A stretch of 64,000 bases of DNA, taken from an uncultured Lachnospiraceae bacterium. GTDB lineage: Bacteria > Bacillota > Clostridia > Lachnospirales > Lachnospiraceae. A program made the position numbers and the translations under genes. The stretch lies in assembly GCA_902783375.1 (NCBI GenBank), contig CACZQN010000055.1:12100-76099 (forward strand), read 5' to 3'. Below, piece by piece: positions 55,846-64,000 of the stretch. The notes under the pieces are model-generated. The model ran no database searches, had not been told where the DNA came from, and worked only from the letters and a program-made list of their open reading frames with translations. Within the stretch, counting starts at the first letter, position 1. Every line of letters starts with the position of its first letter.

Positions 55846-56022
55846 AGAAAAAGCCCCGGCCAACAATCCTTGTGCCAGGGCGAACGTGCGAAATGGATCG
55901 CAACAATTCTTCTTTCATCCAGACTATACTGTCGGTACCGGAATTGCAAAAAACTGCTCACCGGTTCTGCCAAAGCGCGCGGACTTTACCGCCGATCGGG
56001 AATTGCACCCTGCCCTGAAGAA
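55846..56022 (-). promoter_or_regulatory. FMN riboswitch (RFN element) plus its terminator in the ribU leader
   Basis: Minus-strand read 'GGGCAGGGTGCAATTCCCGATCGGCGGTAAAGTCCGCG ... AATTCCGGTACCGACAGTATAGTCTGGATGAAAGAAG' matches the RFN core; followed by GCCCTGGC...GCCGGGGC-TTTTTCTT. Confidence 0.85.
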
Positions 56023-56160
56023 ATTGGTTACAATGCAATTATAGCCTTCGTTAATTCTTTGTCAAGAGCGAATTGCAAAACGGATGGCAATTTGCCCCGG
56101 AATATGATAGAGTAGAATCAGTATCCATCAGATAACAGGGGTGTCCCCGGGGAGAAGACG

Positions 56161-57741
56161 ATGAACGAGAATACCATCAATACAAGATATCAGCCGGTCT
56201 ACCATGCGCATGTCGGTTCCGGTTGGGCAAATGATCCGAACGGTCTGGTCTACTACGACGGGCGTCTGCACCTGTTCTACCAGCACAATCCGTATGCATC
56301 GGAGTGGGGGCCTATGCACTGGGGGCATGTCAGCTCAGAGGACCTGGTCCACTGGGAGCGACATCCGATCGCACTGGTCCCGGAAGAAGTTTATGAGAAC
56401 ACCGGAGGCTGTTTCTCCGGAACGGCCATCGTGACGGAAGAGGGAAAGCGGCTGAACCTTGTCTATACCGGCGTCGGCAACGGCGGGCAGGCGGACGGAG
56501 AGAGCTTCCAGCAGCAGTGCCTGGCGACATCGGAGGACGGTCTCCATTTTGAAAAATACGAAAAGAATCCGGTGATTCCGACAGAACTGCTTCCGGATGC
56601 GGTCACCAACCGGGCGGATTTCCGAGATCCGAAAGTCTTCCGGGAAGGAGATCGCTACTACTGTATCGCGGGTGTCGAGAAGAACCTGGTTCTGTTCACA
56701 TCTGCAGATCTGAAGAAGTGGGAGCGGATCGGCCTGTTGTTCTCGACGGACCAGTTTGTGGAAAACGGCGGACCGGAAGGCGTTCTCGAATGCCCGGATT
56801 ATCAGAAGATTGACGGCAGGGACATCCTGATTATGAGCCCGATCGGCCTGACGGAAGACCGGAAAGGCCTGCTGCAGAGCCTCCGCTTTCAGAGCGACCG
56901 CGGGGAAGGGGAGCCGGCAAAGCCGGTGCAGGCAGCTGTCTGGATGACGGGAAAGCTGGACCTCGCAGCCGGCCATTTCACGCTTCCGGAGGAGACCCCG
57001 GATGTGCTCTCCGCCATGCAGGAACTGGATGCAGGATTTGACTTCTATGCACCGGAGACAACAAAGCTGCCGGACGGCCGGACGATCCTGATCGGATGGA
57101 AGGAGATGTGGGGCAGAACCTATCCGACCCAGGAAGACGGATGGTGCGGTTCCTTCACGCTGCCGAGAGAATTGGAGATCCGGCAGCCTGCGGCAGCGGA
57201 TCCTTCGCCGGCAGGCCGGACAGACTGGCTTTACCAGAAACCGGCGCGGGAGATCTACACCTGGCTGTCCGATGCGGCAGAAGTCCGGGATGTGGTTCTT
57301 CCGGACGGACAGACGCAGACGCTTTCCGGTTTCCGGGGAGATACGCTGGCACTGGATCTTCTTCTTGATCCGGGTACGGCGAAAGAGATCACGATCGGTG
57401 TGTTCGCCTCAGAAGACGGTGCGCGCAGGACGGAGATCCGCTACACGCCGGGGACCGGGACAGTCACCTTTGACCGCACCTACAGCGGCAGGACGATTCT
57501 CAGCAACCGGGGAGGGGAGTGCCCTTCCGTGGTCCGTGAGACAACCGTGCCGGGCGGGCAGCTGCATCTCGAGATCTTTCTCGATATCTCCTGCGTGGAG
57601 GTCTTCCTGGCAGACGGGCTCCGGGTGATGACTGGCAATGTCTACCCGGAAGCGGGCGATACGGGGATCTTTTTCCGGGCAGAAGGCGGTGAAGCAAGGC
57701 TGGTGCAGGCGGTCCTGAGGACGCATGCAATCGGCGATTGA
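56161..57741 (+). CDS. Glycoside hydrolase family 32 (sucrose-6-phosphate hydrolase / beta-fructofuranosidase)
   Basis: 'WANDPNG' nucleophile motif, 'FRDPKV' RDP motif, EC motif. Confidence 0.9.
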   Translation: MNENTINTRYQPVYHAHVGSGWANDPNGLVYYDGRLHLFYQHNPYASEWGPMHWGHVSSEDLVHWERHPIALVPEEVYENTGGCFSGTAIVTEEGKRLNLVYTGVGNGGQADGESFQQQCLATSEDGLHFEKYEKNPVIPTELLPDAVTNRADFRDPKVFREGDRYYCIAGVEKNLVLFTSADLKKWERIGLLFSTDQFVENGGPEGVLECPDYQKIDGRDILIMSPIGLTEDRKGLLQSLRFQSDRGEGEPAKPVQAAVWMTGKLDLAAGHFTLPEETPDVLSAMQELDAGFDFYAPETTKLPDGRTILIGWKEMWGRTYPTQEDGWCGSFTLPRELEIRQPAAADPSPAGRTDWLYQKPAREIYTWLSDAAEVRDVVLPDGQTQTLSGFRGDTLALDLLLDPGTAKEITIGVFASEDGARRTEIRYTPGTGTVTFDRTYSGRTILSNRGGECPSVVRETTVPGGQLHLEIFLDISCVEVFLADGLRVMTGNVYPEAGDTGIFFRAEGGEARLVQAVLRTHAIGD

Positions 57742-57803
57742 CAACGCGGAAAAAACCAGATATGATGGTGCGGTGACACCAGACAGAAAAAGAGCAGATG
57801 AAA

Positions 57804-57835
57804 AGCGTGAGGGGCTTCCCTCACGCCATCTTTGC
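57804..57835 (+). terminator. Weak terminator-like hairpin
   Basis: GCGTGAGGG-gcttc-CCTCACGC followed by a short T-rich stretch. Confidence 0.4.
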
Positions 57836-57862
57836 GTACAGAAAAATGAACGGAGACAATAC

Positions 57863-58480
57863 ATGTACATCATTGCAGGACTTGGCAATCCGGACAGAAA
57901 ATACGCCGGAACGCGCCACAATATGGGATTTGATGCGGTAACGGCACTTTCCGACAAGTACGGGATCGCGCTGGCGAAATCCGGCTTTCAGGCAAAATAC
58001 GGGCAGGGTTTTATCAACGGCCGGAAGGTCATCCTGATGCAGCCACAGACCTATATGAACCTTTCCGGGAATGCCATCGGGCCGATGGTGAATTTTTACC
58101 AGGTCGATCCGGAGGAAGAACTGATCGTCATTCAGGACGATATTGATCTTCCGGTCGGCCAGATCCGGATCCGGGCAAAGGGAAGCGCGGGCGGCCACAA
58201 CGGGTTAAAAGATATCATCCGCGTGCTCGGCACCCAGAATTTTACCAGGATCAAGATCGGCGTCGGCGGGAAACCGGAGGGCAGCGATCTGGTAAACCAC
58301 GTGCTGGGGCATTTCACAAAGGACGATGAAGTACTGGTCCGGAAAGCACTGGCGCAGGCGGCAGAGGCTGCGGTGATGATCATGGAAGATGGCGTCCAGG
58401 CCGCGATGAATGTCTACAATGCAAAGCCGAAGAAAGAACCAGCAGAAGGGACAGATACGAATGACAGTGCAAAGAACTGA
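57863..58480 (+). CDS. pth: Peptidyl-tRNA hydrolase
   Basis: 'MYIIAGLGNPDRKYAGTRHNMGF' Pth N-terminus; RBS GGAGA + 8 nt. Confidence 0.92.
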   Translation: MYIIAGLGNPDRKYAGTRHNMGFDAVTALSDKYGIALAKSGFQAKYGQGFINGRKVILMQPQTYMNLSGNAIGPMVNFYQVDPEEELIVIQDDIDLPVGQIRIRAKGSAGGHNGLKDIIRVLGTQNFTRIKIGVGGKPEGSDLVNHVLGHFTKDDEVLVRKALAQAAEAAVMIMEDGVQAAMNVYNAKPKKEPAEGTDTNDSAKN

Positions 58481-61400
58481 AGAGATGGCACCGAAGAATC
58501 CGGAACCGGTGAAGACCTGTTTCCGGGCACCGCTCGAAGATCTGTCGGAATACCAGGAACTGAAAGAAGCGGTGAAGCGGTTCGGGCAGCCCGGGACGCA
58601 TACGCTGCCGGTTCTTGCGACCGGCGTGACGGATACGGAGCGCTGTCATCTGGTGGATGCCCTGGGCGCAGATTACCGCTATAAGGTGATTGTGACCTAC
58701 GATGAAGTGCGGGCGAAGGCGATCTGCGAGGACATGAAGCTCTACGACCGGAATGTCTATTTTTATCCGGCAAAGGACCTGATGTTCTTCGCGGCGGACG
58801 TGCACGGCAGCGCGATTGTCAGCAAGCGGATGGAGACGCTGAAAGCCCTGATTGACGGGGAACCCATGACGATCGTCCTGTCGGTCGAAGCCGGCCTTGA
58901 CCGCCTGCTGCCGCTTTCCTTCCTGAAGTCCCAGACGCTGCTGTTTGCGCCGGGCGATGTGGTGGATCTCGACAAGCTGCGCAGACAGCTGGTTGCGCTT
59001 GGCTATGAGAATGCCTCCCAGGTAGAAGGCAAGGGGCAGTTTTCGATTCACGGCGGCATCATCGACATCTTTCCGCTGACCGAGGAAGTGCCGTACCGGA
59101 TCGAGCTCTGGGATGATGAGATCGATACCATCAGGACCTTTGACCAGGAGAGCCAGCGCTCCATCGAGACGGAAGAGATGGCCGTCATCTATCCGGCCTC
59201 CGAATTCGTCATCGGGGAGAAGCGGAAAGCCGAAGGAATCCGGAAGATCACCGCAGAGTGCGACAGGCAGGTGAAGAAGCTGCGCAGCCTCATGAAGACG
59301 GAGGAAGCAGCAAGACTCCGGGAGACGGTGGACACCTTTAAAGAAAGTCTTGATATCTATGGAGGCTCCTTCGGCATTGACAGCTACCTGTCCTATTTCT
59401 ACCCGGAAACCGTCTCGTTCTTTGAATATTTCGACGATCGCGAGACCGTCTTCTTTCTGGACGAGGTTTCGCGGATTGCGGAAAAATGTGATGCGGTTCA
59501 CTATGAATATGCGGACAGTTTCAGTGAACGGCTGGAGAAGGGGTACATCCTGCCGGGACAGATGGGAATCCTGTTCGATGACAAGAAGATGCTGGCGAAA
59601 GTGGCGTCGATGCGGACGGTCCTGCTGAGTCTGCTGGAGACGAAGACAGCCGATATCACGGTGCAGAAGCGGATCACCTTCAGCGTCCAGAATGTCAATC
59701 CATTCAACAACAATTTTGAACTCCTGCTGGCGGATATCCGGCAGTATAAACAGGAGAACTATAAAGTCATCATCGTCTGTGCTTCGAGAAGCCGGGCGGA
59801 GCGTCTTGCAGGAGATCTCTCGGAAAATGGCCTGCCGGCGTTCTACAGCAGTGACCTCGGCAGGACGCTTGCCGACGGGGAGATCATGACCGTCTACGGC
59901 AATCTCCGGCGCGGCTTCAGCTACCCGCTGATCCGCTTCGTCGTCATCTCCGAGAGTGATATCTTCGGCGCACAGAAAAAGAAGCGGAAGCACAAAAGAG
60001 AAAAAGGAAAGGATGTTATCTCTTCCTTCTCGGAACTGCATGTGGGTGATTATGTGATCCATGAAAATCACGGGCTCGGCATCTACAGAGGTCTTGAAAA
60101 GATTGTCGTGGACGGGATCACGAAGGATTACCTGAAGATCGAATATGCGGGCGGAAGCAACCTCTACATCCTTGCGACCGGCCTGGATGTCCTGCAGAAG
60201 TACACCGGAAACGGAGGCAGCCAGGAAGGAAAGGGACCAAGATTGAACTCTCTGAATTCGCCGGAATGGAAGAAGACGAAATCCAGAGTGCGTGCCCATG
60301 TCGATACGATCGCAAAGGACCTCGTGGAGCTCTACGCCAAGCGGCAGAAATACCAGGGCTTTGCCTATGGACCGGATACCGTGTGGCAGAAGGAGTTTGA
60401 GGAACTCTTTCCATATGAAGAGACAGAAGACCAGCTGACGGCCATCGAAGATACCAAGCGGGACATGGAGAGCACGAAGATCATGGACCGCCTGATCTGC
60501 GGGGATGTGGGATTCGGCAAGACGGAGATTGCCATCCGTGCGGCCTTTAAGGCGGTCTCGGACGGGAAACAGGTTGCCATGCTTGTCCCGACCACCATCC
60601 TCTGCCAGCAGCATTTCGCGACCTTCCGGCAGCGGATGAAGGACTTCCCGATCAGCATCGAGATGCTTTCCCGCTTCCGCACGCCGGCGGAAGTGAAGAA
60701 GATCAAGGAGCGGATGGCAGCGGGGACGCTCGATATCGTCATCGGCACGCACAAGCTGCTTGGGAAAGATATTGTGTTTAAGGATCTCGGCCTCCTGATC
60801 GTCGATGAGGAACAGCGCTTCGGGGTGACGCACAAGGAGAAGATCAAGAAGTTCAAGGAAACCATCGATGTGCTGACCCTGTCTGCGACGCCGATTCCCA
60901 GAACGCTCCACATGAGTCTTGCCGGAATCCGGGATATGTCCGTACTCACGGAACCGCCGACGGACCGGATGCCGATCCAGACGTATGTCCTCGAACACAA
61001 CGACGAGATCATCCGGGAGGCCATCATGCGGGAACTGGCAAGAGACGGCCAGGTCTATTATGTCTACAACCGGATCGGCAACATCGACGAGATCACCAAC
61101 CGTGTCGCCGCGCTGGTGCCGGATGCCAATGTCGCCTTTGCACACGGGCAGATGAGCGAGCGGGAACTGGAACGGATCATGTTCGATTTCATCCACGGGG
61201 ACATCGATGTGCTTGTCTCCACCACCATCATCGAGACCGGGCTCGACATTTCAAATGTCAATACGATCATCATCGATGATGCGGACCGGATGGGTCTTTC
61301 CCAGCTCTACCAGCTCCGCGGGCGCGTGGGTCGAAGCAGCCGTACCGCCTATGCCTTCCTGATGTACAAGCGGGATAAGATGCTGCGGGAAGTGGCGGAG

Positions 61401-62054
61401 AAGCGTCTTGCCGCCATCCGTGAATTCACGGAGCTCGGATCCGGCTTTAAGATTGCGATGCGGGACCTCGAGATCCGCGGTGCCGGCAATCTGCTCGGAG
61501 AGAGCCAGTCCGGCCACATGGAAGCGGTCGGCTACGACCTCTATGTCAAGATGCTGAACGAAGCGATCCGGCATCTGACCGGAGAAGCACCGGAAGAAGC
61601 GGACTTTGAGACCCAGATGATCATCGACGTGGATGCCTACATCCCTGCCGAGTACATTCCGAGTGAGGCCAGAAAGATCGACATGTACAAGCGGATCGCC
61701 GATATCCGGAACGGCAGCGATCTGATGGATCTCCGGGATGAGATGATCGACCGCTACGGGGATATTCCCGCACCTGCGGATAACCTGATGAATATCGCGC
61801 TCCTGAAGGCCATCGCGCACAGGGCAGGCCTGGCCGTGGTGAACCTGAGGGCAGACCGTCTGCGCCTGACGCCGGATAAAAATGCAGCCCTTGACGGCAA
61901 TAAGATTACGGAACTGCTGACGCTCTATAAGGGTAGTCTGCGGATCCAGACCGGGAAGGAACCGTACTTCGAATACCGTCTGAAGAAGAGGGAAGGAAGG
62001 CTGTCGGAAGTCCGCCTGGTTCTTGATGATTTTGCGACAAAACTTGAAAAGTGA
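58461..62054 (+). CDS. mfd: Transcription-repair coupling factor
   Basis: UvrB-homology N-terminus, RNAP-interaction domain, DEAD/DEEQ-box translocase motifs ('GDVGFGKTE', 'LIVDEEQRFG'), TRG motif; overlaps the pth stop. Confidence 0.92.
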   Translation: MTVQRTEEMAPKNPEPVKTCFRAPLEDLSEYQELKEAVKRFGQPGTHTLPVLATGVTDTERCHLVDALGADYRYKVIVTYDEVRAKAICEDMKLYDRNVYFYPAKDLMFFAADVHGSAIVSKRMETLKALIDGEPMTIVLSVEAGLDRLLPLSFLKSQTLLFAPGDVVDLDKLRRQLVALGYENASQVEGKGQFSIHGGIIDIFPLTEEVPYRIELWDDEIDTIRTFDQESQRSIETEEMAVIYPASEFVIGEKRKAEGIRKITAECDRQVKKLRSLMKTEEAARLRETVDTFKESLDIYGGSFGIDSYLSYFYPETVSFFEYFDDRETVFFLDEVSRIAEKCDAVHYEYADSFSERLEKGYILPGQMGILFDDKKMLAKVASMRTVLLSLLETKTADITVQKRITFSVQNVNPFNNNFELLLADIRQYKQENYKVIIVCASRSRAERLAGDLSENGLPAFYSSDLGRTLADGEIMTVYGNLRRGFSYPLIRFVVISESDIFGAQKKKRKHKREKGKDVISSFSELHVGDYVIHENHGLGIYRGLEKIVVDGITKDYLKIEYAGGSNLYILATGLDVLQKYTGNGGSQEGKGPRLNSLNSPEWKKTKSRVRAHVDTIAKDLVELYAKRQKYQGFAYGPDTVWQKEFEELFPYEETEDQLTAIEDTKRDMESTKIMDRLICGDVGFGKTEIAIRAAFKAVSDGKQVAMLVPTTILCQQHFATFRQRMKDFPISIEMLSRFRTPAEVKKIKERMAAGTLDIVIGTHKLLGKDIVFKDLGLLIVDEEQRFGVTHKEKIKKFKETIDVLTLSATPIPRTLHMSLAGIRDMSVLTEPPTDRMPIQTYVLEHNDEIIREAIMRELARDGQVYYVYNRIGNIDEITNRVAALVPDANVAFAHGQMSERELERIMFDFIHGDIDVLVSTTIIETGLDISNVNTIIIDDADRMGLSQLYQLRGRVGRSSRTAYAFLMYKRDKMLREVAEKRLAAIREFTELGSGFKIAMRDLEIRGAGNLLGESQSGHMEAVGYDLYVKMLNEAIRHLTGEAPEEADFETQMIIDVDAYIPAEYIPSEARKIDMYKRIADIRNGSDLMDLRDEMIDRYGDIPAPADNLMNIALLKAIAHRAGLAVVNLRADRLRLTPDKNAALDGNKITELLTLYKGSLRIQTGKEPYFEYRLKKREGRLSEVRLVLDDFATKLEK

Positions 62055-62110
62055 CTTGTAACAGATCTTTTCTTGAAGTATACTTAGGGGAAGAGAGGAG
62101 CGTACATTGC

Positions 62111-62770
62111 ATGGCCCGTAGATATGGAAAAAGAACACTGGCCTGTATGCTGTTGTTATCTCTTCTGTTCCTGTCAGGCTGCTCTGTTTCCTTCACCGGG
62201 ATCAACGGTGAGGTCTACCGGTTCGGAGAGAGGGAAGAGCCCCTATCTTCGGAGGACGAGGCAGTCTGGGCAGAGGATGTTCTGATCCGTGTCGGAGAGA
62301 CGGAAGTGACGTATCCGGAGGTGGTTTTTTACCTTCTCAGTACGAAGGACCGGTACGAGGAACGTTTTGGCAGCCGTATCTGGAAGATCCCCTATGAAGG
62401 GAAGACAATTGGCGAACGGGCAAAGGAAGATGCGCTGAAAGAACTGATTGAGGTCAAGATCGTATCCGGGAAGGCAAGAGAGGCCGGATATGCGATCGGA
62501 GAAGATGAAAGCGTGGAGCTTGCAAGGATTGCGGAAGAGCAGCTGCAGAATATCTCCATGACGCTGAAAAGCCTCTATCTGCTGGATGAGGATCTTCTGA
62601 CAGCAGTTTATGAGGACAACTATCTTGCTTCCCGCTTTGTGGATACGGTGCTGGCGGAGCATCCGGATAAGGAGTATCAGGAACTGCTCGTTCTGTGGGA
62701 GTCAGAGACAGAGGTTGAGGTGGACGAGGAGAAGATCGCAGCCCTGACTCTGGATAATATCGGATATTGA
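62111..62770 (+). CDS. Lipoprotein with a SurA/PrsA N-terminal-like chaperone domain (no PPIase domain)
   Basis: Lipobox 'LLFLSGC'; the post-mfd position is typical of prsA-like genes in Clostridia. Confidence 0.55.
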   Translation: MARRYGKRTLACMLLLSLLFLSGCSVSFTGINGEVYRFGEREEPLSSEDEAVWAEDVLIRVGETEVTYPEVVFYLLSTKDRYEERFGSRIWKIPYEGKTIGERAKEDALKELIEVKIVSGKAREAGYAIGEDESVELARIAEEQLQNISMTLKSLYLLDEDLLTAVYEDNYLASRFVDTVLAEHPDKEYQELLVLWESETEVEVDEEKIAALTLDNIGY

Positions 62771-62826
62771 TCTGCAGACAGATGCAGATTGTAATCATTG
62801 TGAAATATACCTAGGAGGAAATGGAC

Positions 62827-63657
62827 ATGAGTGTTTTGGATCAGGAATTTATGATCGGTTTTATCAGAATGGCCACAGATGGATTTGAGCATGGCTGGCA
62901 CGAGAGAAATGGCGGCAATCTGAGCTACCGGATGAAGGAAGAAGAAGTCGCGGCTGTAGCCGGCGAGCTGAATCACGATGCTCCGTGGCAGCCGATCGGT
63001 ACAGAGGTACCGGGTCTTGCAGGAGAGTACTTCCTGGTGACCGGATCCGGCAAGTATTTCCGCAATGTCTGTCTGGATCCTGCAGCCAACCTTGCCATCA
63101 TCGAGATCGATGAGAGCGGGACGCAGTACAAGATCTGCTGGGGTCTTGTCAATGGCGGAAGACCGACCAGTGAGCTTCCGAGCCATCTGATGAACCATGA
63201 AGTAAAGAAGCGGGTGACGAATGGCGCTTACCGCGTGATCTATCACTGCCATGCAACGAACGTCATTGCGATGACCTTCGTTCTGCCGCTGACCGATGAA
63301 GCATTCACCAGAGAACTCTGGGAGATGGCTACCGAGTGTCCAGTTGTCTTCCCGCAGGGCGTCGGCGTTGTGCCGTGGATGGTACCGGGCGGAAGAGAGA
63401 TTGGCGTTGAGACCAGCAAGTTGATGGAAGATTATGACGTAGCGATCTGGGCACATCACGGCATGTTCTGCGCAGGCCCGGATTTCGACATCACCTACGG
63501 CCTTGCAGATACTGTTGAGAAGTCTGCTGAGATCTGGATCAAGGTTCGCTCCTGCACACCGGAGAAGAGACAGACCATCACACCGGAAGATTTCCGTGAA
63601 CTGGCTCCTGCATTCGGAATCGAGCTGCCGGAGAAGTTCCTCTACGAAAAGCACTGA
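62827..63657 (+). CDS. rhaD: Rhamnulose-1-phosphate aldolase
   Basis: Near full-length collinearity with RhaD ('ERNGGNLS', 'FLVTGSGK(Y/F)FRNV', 'HCHATN', 'TECPVVFP', 'PWMVPG'). Confidence 0.88.
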   Translation: MSVLDQEFMIGFIRMATDGFEHGWHERNGGNLSYRMKEEEVAAVAGELNHDAPWQPIGTEVPGLAGEYFLVTGSGKYFRNVCLDPAANLAIIEIDESGTQYKICWGLVNGGRPTSELPSHLMNHEVKKRVTNGAYRVIYHCHATNVIAMTFVLPLTDEAFTRELWEMATECPVVFPQGVGVVPWMVPGGREIGVETSKLMEDYDVAIWAHHGMFCAGPDFDITYGLADTVEKSAEIWIKVRSCTPEKRQTITPEDFRELAPAFGIELPEKFLYEKH

Positions 63658-63710
63658 AGCCCTTTTCCCGCTGTTTCGGAAGAAGCATGGAGGCAGGGTA
63701 AAAAAGTACG

Positions 63711-63737
63711 AAAAACCGCGAAAAATCGCGGTTTTTC
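63711..63737 (+). terminator. rhaD terminator
   Basis: ACCGCG-aaaaat-CGCGGT followed by TTTTT. Confidence 0.7.
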
Positions 63738-63738
63738 C

Positions 63739-63766
63739 TTGACAAAAAGGCTTTTGTGACTATAAT
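63739..63766 (+). promoter_or_regulatory. Near-consensus sigma-A promoter for hup (TTGACA-16-TATAAT)
   Basis: TTGACA at 63739-63744, TATAAT at 63761-63766. Confidence 0.7.
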
Positions 63767-63829
63767 TATCGTTGATGAGTTTCACTAGCATTTTGATTAA
63801 GTTGAATATCACAGGAGGATGACTGATTA

Positions 63830-64000
63830 TGAACAAATCAGAGTTTGTCGCAGCGATCGCTGAGAACGCTGGTCTGACCAAGGCCGATGCCGAGAAGGCG
63901 CTGAAGGCATTTGAGGAAGTAGTCGTAAAGGAACTGAAGGATGGCGGTAAGGTTCAGCTTGTCGGATTCGGTACTTTTGAAGTAAGCGAGAGAGCTGCAA
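63830..64000 (+). CDS. hup: DNA-binding protein HU (3' end lies outside the window)
   Basis: '[52 protein letters not shown]' HU signature. Confidence 0.92.

Noticed and set aside
58380-61196. 938-aa minus-strand ORF opposite mfd
   Set aside because: Exactly antisense to a highly conserved Mfd reading frame; no RBS and no domain-like sequence. A GC-driven shadow ORF.
1-64000. CRISPR arrays, tRNA/rRNA genes, transposases, integrases, prophage genes
   Set aside because: Scanned for regularly spaced direct repeats, tRNA-like TΨC arms and recombinase motifs and found none. The only repeats are the small inverted-repeat element family and coding low-complexity tracts.

Overview
This 64-kb window is chromosomal, about 57% GC, and looks like a Firmicutes/Clostridia genome: GGAGG-type ribosome-binding sites, rho-independent terminators, mecA, dnaD/dnaI, and an S-box (SAM-I) riboswitch plus an FMN riboswitch. 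About 65 protein-coding genes are packed on both strands. Housekeeping genes include feoB (5' partial), argF, murC, a Prs-like gene, sua5/tsaC with an adjacent LMW phosphatase, metK, map, nagA, pth, mfd and hup (3' partial). Transport and sugar genes include two ECF S-components, znuCBA-like, an LplABC-type sugar ABC system, MATE, TauE, MgtC, GH18, GH32, rhaD, glpQ and two xylose-isomerase-like TIM-barrel genes. Mixed among them are several conserved but uncharacterised modules: a NifU-like + GGGtGRT pair; a DUF1858 / ECF-sigma / DUF4349 operon; an SPFH / zinc-ribbon / TPM trio; DUF2975 + HTH + DUF4173; a C_GCAxxG_C_C gene coupled to a DUF3298 lipoprotein; DUF402, DUF3842 and an Uma2 nuclease. 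Non-coding signals include a SAM-I riboswitch before metK, an FMN riboswitch before ribU (minus strand), an ARG box overlapping the argF promoter, and a perfect 16-bp LacI-type palindrome. There is also a cluster of DnaA-box-like 9-mers between murC and dnaD, and a small structured repeat with terminal inverted repeats that recurs as partial copies at two further intergenic sites. I found no rRNA, tRNA, CRISPR array, transposase or integrase by eye. Long stop-free ORFs antisense to real genes are frequent and are treated as GC artefacts. All coordinates and family assignments come from reading the sequence and translations; no database search was run.
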